Below the pieces are notes generated by a model, which saw only the letters and a program-made list of their open reading frames with translations, did no database searches and was not told the DNA's origin. DNA of 64,000 nucleotides from Macrostomum lignano (taxonomy: Eukaryota): contig NIVC01001048.1 in assembly GCA_002269645.1 (NCBI GenBank), positions 62,001 to 126,000 on the forward strand, written 5' to 3'. This document shows, piece after piece, positions 61,768 to 64,000 of the stretch; position 1 is the first letter of the stretch, and each line of letters begins with the position of its first letter. The position numbers and the translations under genes are program-made.

Positions 61768-62180
61768 CCCCTAGGCTAACTTTCGTCCGTCTGACTTTGA
61801 CCTCTCTCCTTACTGCTCTCTCATTGGCTGAGCTAGATGGGGCCAGCCCCAAGGCTAACTTTCGTCCGCCAGACTTTGGCCTCTCTCCTTACTGCTCTCC
61901 CATTGGCTGAGCCAGATTGGCCCAGCCCCAAGGCTAACTTTCGTGCGTCTGACTTTGACCTCTCTCCTTACTGCTCTCTCATTGGCTGAGCCAGCCCCTA
62001 GACTAACTTTCGTCCGTCTGACTTTGACCTCTTTTCTTACTGCTCTCTCATTGGCGGAGCGCCAGATTGGGCCTGCCCTATAGGCTAACTTTTGTCCGTC
62101 TGACTTTGACCTCTCTCCTTACTGCTCTCTCATTGGCTGAGCTAGATTGGACCAGCCCCCTAGGCAAACTTTCGTCTGTC
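61768..62180. repeat. ~79-bp tandem repeat, ~5 copies
   Basis: CCCC[T/A]AGGCTAACTTTCGTCCGTCTGACTTTGACCTCTCTCCTTACTGCTCTCTCATTGGCTGAG recurs at 61768, 61847, 61926, ~61995, ~62078. Confidence 0.92.
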
Positions 62181-62631
62181 TTGCGTTCACTTGTGTACAC
62201 AAGATGGCTGTTTGTTGCTCATTCTCCACCAATATGCTGCCGAGGCCGCAAATCCGTAGGAAGAAAAAAGAAATTTCAGCTGTCACATTAAATTTAAGTG
62301 ACACTGCGCAGAGAAACTACTGAAAAAGGTAGCGCTTAACTTTTTATCTATTTTAATCGCGAGTGACATTTCTAATTATTCTAATATCTGTACTGATGAC
62401 GGATGTACCAAAACAAGCTTTTATCAGTATCACTGCAGAAGTTTGAACAGACACTAGGATAAACATGAAGAGGATTTAGGGTGCACAATAGTTAATAGCA
62501 ATGTCGCGCGATGGTCGCGGTACGGCCTATATTAAAGTTTTCAAGCCTATGAAATATATATTGCACCAAACTATCACATATTATATGGAACTATGATTTT
62601 TCATGACCCACTGCCTCATGGTATCAAACTA

Positions 62632-63045
62632 TGGTTTATTCTGTCAAACTATGACCCATTCTGCTAAGCGATGACCTATTCTGTCGAACTATGACCTATT
62701 CTGTCAAACTATGACCTATTCTGTCAAACTATGACCTATTCTGTCAAACTATGACCTATTCTGTCAAACTATGACCTATTCTGTCAAACTATGACCTATT
62801 CTGTCAAACTATGACCTATTCTGTCAAACCTATTCTGTGAAACTATGACCTATTCTGTGAAACTATGACCTATTCTGTGAAACTATGACCTATTCTGTCA
62901 AACTATGACCTATTCTGTCAAACTATGACCTATTCTGTCAAACCTATTCTGTGAAACTATGACCTATTCTGTGAAACTATGACCTATTCTGTCAAACTAT
63001 GACCTATTTTGTCAAACTATGACCTATTCTGTCAAAATATGACAC
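62632..63045. repeat. 20-bp minisatellite (TGACCTATTCTGTCAAACTA)n
   Basis: Period read directly. Confidence 0.95.
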
Positions 63046-63250
63046 ACAGTTGAACTACGACCCCATTATTAAACTATGAACAATATTTTATCAAAATATA
63101 AACTAGCTAAAAGGTTAAATTAGCGTAATTAAACTTTATTTAAACAGAGAACATAAAACTCAAAGCGCAGACAGCACACGTACATGATAACACCCATAAC
63201 TACAAGCTAGCCGTAGGGAATGTCCAGTTAATCTAAATTAACAAAAGCAG

Positions 63251-63900
63251 TTACAGTCGCACAGAGCTGGCCGCATTCGAAGACACCGAAGCGCCAGTGT
63301 GCTGGCCGTGCAACCATTGAAGCAGAAATTCGCAAGCAAACTGATCCAGCATTGGCGGATTGCCAGACAGCTCTGGGCGCTGTTTAAGCAGCTCATTGCG
63401 GATGTGCACAAACTGCATCGGGTATTGCGCCTTCAATAAGCTGATCTGTTGCTGTTGCTGTTGCTGCTGCTGCAGAAGAAGCCTTTGTTGTTGTTGCTGC
63501 TGCTGCTGCTGATTTAGAGAGGCCGAACCAGCAGGCGGAGCTGGGGTTAGTTGCGGCGGACCTCCGGCCCGATTTCGGGCTTGCTGACGCGAGGCACCAC
63601 CGCTGCTTCCAGCTCGCATGGATTGCTGCTGCTGCTGCATCTGCTGCCATTGCTGCATGCGCAGCTGCTGCTGGTACATCTGCTGAGCATAGGCCATGCT
63701 GGCTGCGGCAGCTGCAGAGGCGCCCGATTGATTCTGCTGCTGAGGCGGCGGAGGCGGCGGTCGATAAGTGCGCTCGTCTTCGTATTCGCGCCAGGCTTCG
63801 CGACGCTCCTCTTCGGTGAGCACCTCGCTCTCGATGTTCTCCAGCAGCGAGTCGTGCAAGTGGTAGCGAGAGATCCAGCGGGCCTCCTTGGCAAGTAGGT
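63251..63900 (-). CDS. ATRX: Last exon of an ATRX/XNP chromatin remodeller (rest of the gene is beyond the window)
   Basis: Acceptor ACACAG at 63901; DLLAKEARWISRYHLHDSLLENIESEVLTEEERREAWREYEDE matches the ATRX C-terminal motif (YHEHDSLLDHKEEEELTEEERKAAWAEYE), then a Q-rich tail. Confidence 0.85.
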
Positions 63901-64000
63901 CTGTGTTGCGAAATAATCGGATTGAAAAAAGTAAACCTATTATTGCTAGTATTGTTAGTCATTTAGGTTAGAAACACAGACATACAGACAGACAAACAGA

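Overview
Repeat-rich animal (invertebrate) genomic DNA with spliceosomal introns; not prokaryotic, and no rRNA, tRNA or CRISPR is supported. The gene and minisatellite style resembles a free-living flatworm such as Macrostomum (inference only). Host genes: a secreted C-type lectin + PAN/Apple gene with a disabled paralog, a 3-exon beta-1,4-galactosyltransferase-family gene, a PAN + fibrinogen-related gene, a 5-exon CYP2-clan P450, the last exon of ATRX, and a possible 91-aa orphan. The rest is mostly tandem arrays (12-79 bp units) and nested transposons whose ends could be fixed by TIRs and target-site duplications (TSDs). Most notable is a 6.5-kb hAT-like element (16-bp TIRs, 7-bp TSD) whose 7-exon transposase, after restoring two 1-bp homopolymer deletions, carries an N-terminal AT-hook and a C-terminal Spindlin (Spin/Ssty)-type Tudor domain with an apparently intact aromatic cage. 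All protein-family calls are by motif recognition from memory; no searches were run.
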